From: an uncultured bacterium
GTDB taxonomy: Bacteria > Edwardsbacteria > AC1 > EtOH8
Length of the DNA stretch: 64,000 bases
Assembly: GCA_963780225.1 (NCBI GenBank)
Contig: CAWAAX010000027.1
Coordinates: 97,363-161,362 of the forward strand
Direction of reading: 5' to 3'
The notes below the pieces were generated by a model, which saw only the letters and a list, made by a program, of their open reading frames with translations, was not told where the DNA came from and searched no databases. The position numbers and the translations under genes were made by a program. Numbering within the stretch: position 1 is the stretch's first letter; each line of letters opens with the position of its first letter. Of the stretch, positions 63,801 through 64,000 are shown piece by piece.

Positions 63801-64000
63801 AAAGTTGTTCCCTGGTTGATCCTGTCATCTTTATGGCAGCCTCATTTACATAGGCAATGGTGTGCGTTTCCCGGTCTATCACCATTATCCCGGCCTGGAT
63901 CGAATTGAAGATGGTCTCCATCCGGTTCTGGTTCTCCCGGATCACGCCCTCAATTTTCTTCCGTTCAGTGATGTCCTCGGTAACCGTGGCAAATTGCCCC
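60808..64000 (-). CDS. Multi-PAS/tandem-GAF sensor ending in the PICxxC...HGxCxxC domain (5' end beyond the window)
   Basis: Frame open to the window edge (GQFATVTEDITERKK...), several PAS, two paralogous GAFs, C-terminus nearly identical to that of 58988. Confidence 0.92.
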   Translation of the reverse strand, partial: GQFATVTEDITERKKIEGVIRENQNRMETIFNSIQAGIMVIDRETHTIAYVNEAAIKMTGSTREQLLDQTCQKHVCPADIGACPITDKGQKVDNSERTLLTSSGKCMPIIKTVVETELDGRTVLVESFVDISERKVLENELKKNEEKYRSLFEGAPLGIISIDPDGYILDVNPTLLEILGSPSVEETKLINVLTFPPMVEAGISKDIRQCLEKRERMVSERRYTTKWGKSILMKLNLKPLPEGAGVQAIIEDISEQQRAEEELRFKNVIMSTQQEASIDGILVIGEDNNIASYNQRFVEMWGIPLELVKQKSDNLLLEFVTSKMADPTSFLDRVQYLYAHKYEKSQDEIILKNGHVFDRYSAPMAGPEGKYYGRVWYFRDITESKRAEMLQTALYHISQAAVNSDNLGSLYGEIHKTVAELISAQNFYIALYHEKEGMFSFPYFVDEVDPMPQSRQLTNGLTEYVLKTGVPLLASPRVLNLLVEQGKVSVVGTPAIDWAGVPLKVGGKTLGVLVVQSYREDVRFGAEDLSMLNFVSDNIALAISRKNDEVERKKSEKLQKALYHISEAAAKSDNLETLYGEIHKVVAELTFTKNFYLAIYNEKEQLLSFPYSVDEFDPRPKSRKLGHGLTEYVLNTGNPLLADRVMQQLLAEQGKTSVVGTLSVEWAGVPLKVGDRMMGVLVIQSYHEDIRFGAEVLSMLNFVSDNIALAIARKNDEEERKKLVAELRKLSLAVEQSPSVIVITDLEGNIEYANPAFEKITGYSLAEAQGKNPRILKSGELPDEAYKQLWETISCGGEWRGQFHNKRKDGSLYWEQASIAGIRDTEGKVVKYLAVKEDITERKMMEDELKASEAQNRALVESAGRAGEAIMMLQNSGNIQLACLVANQEAVRITGYSQEELKKISWLDLVHPSYREASHKRMRDRMNNVDVPGIYEISLVSKYGVEIPIEVTGSPVQYQGRPAIVGFFREITQRKKAEAEREKMIAELKDALANIKQLKGLIPICASCKKIRNDGGYWQQVEEYVADHSEADFSHGLCDECAHKLYPEYFKDKKNKTDGEEVG

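Overview
Bacterial chromosome segment of a diderm (LPS glycosyltransferase, MsbA-like exporter, secretin and beta-barrel present); taxonomy is not determinable without a search. Left part (1-24.5 kb): dnaX 5' end and SRP RNA; a GT9/MsbA-like locus interrupted by rhuM and an AT-rich restriction-modification island with two C5 methyltransferases (HgaI-like); DUF502/CBS genes; scpB; rpsT; a complete 1,027-bp IS with TIRs and an 8-bp TSD; pilMNOPQ; groES-groEL; an outer-membrane protein. Right part (24.6-64 kb): about 40 kb of signalling genes, all on the minus strand. These include multi-PAS/GAF hybrid kinases, single-domain response regulators, a CheB-CheR fusion, a kaiC-kaiB-kaiB-PAS cassette bounded by direct repeats next to a REP-flanked HUH (Y1) transposase, duplicated pilin + Zn-finger genes, a PilB/GspE ATPase with receiver domains at both ends coupled to an Hpt and hybrid kinase, a PleD-like diguanylate cyclase, a globin-like + B12-binding (photocobilin-like) sensor, and several sensors ending in small non-kinase output modules. 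Intergenic DNA is crowded with palindromic, heptamer and nested repeat families, one flanking an intact GxxExxY nuclease-like gene and another flanking a decayed one. All homology calls come from motif recognition by eye, not from database searches.
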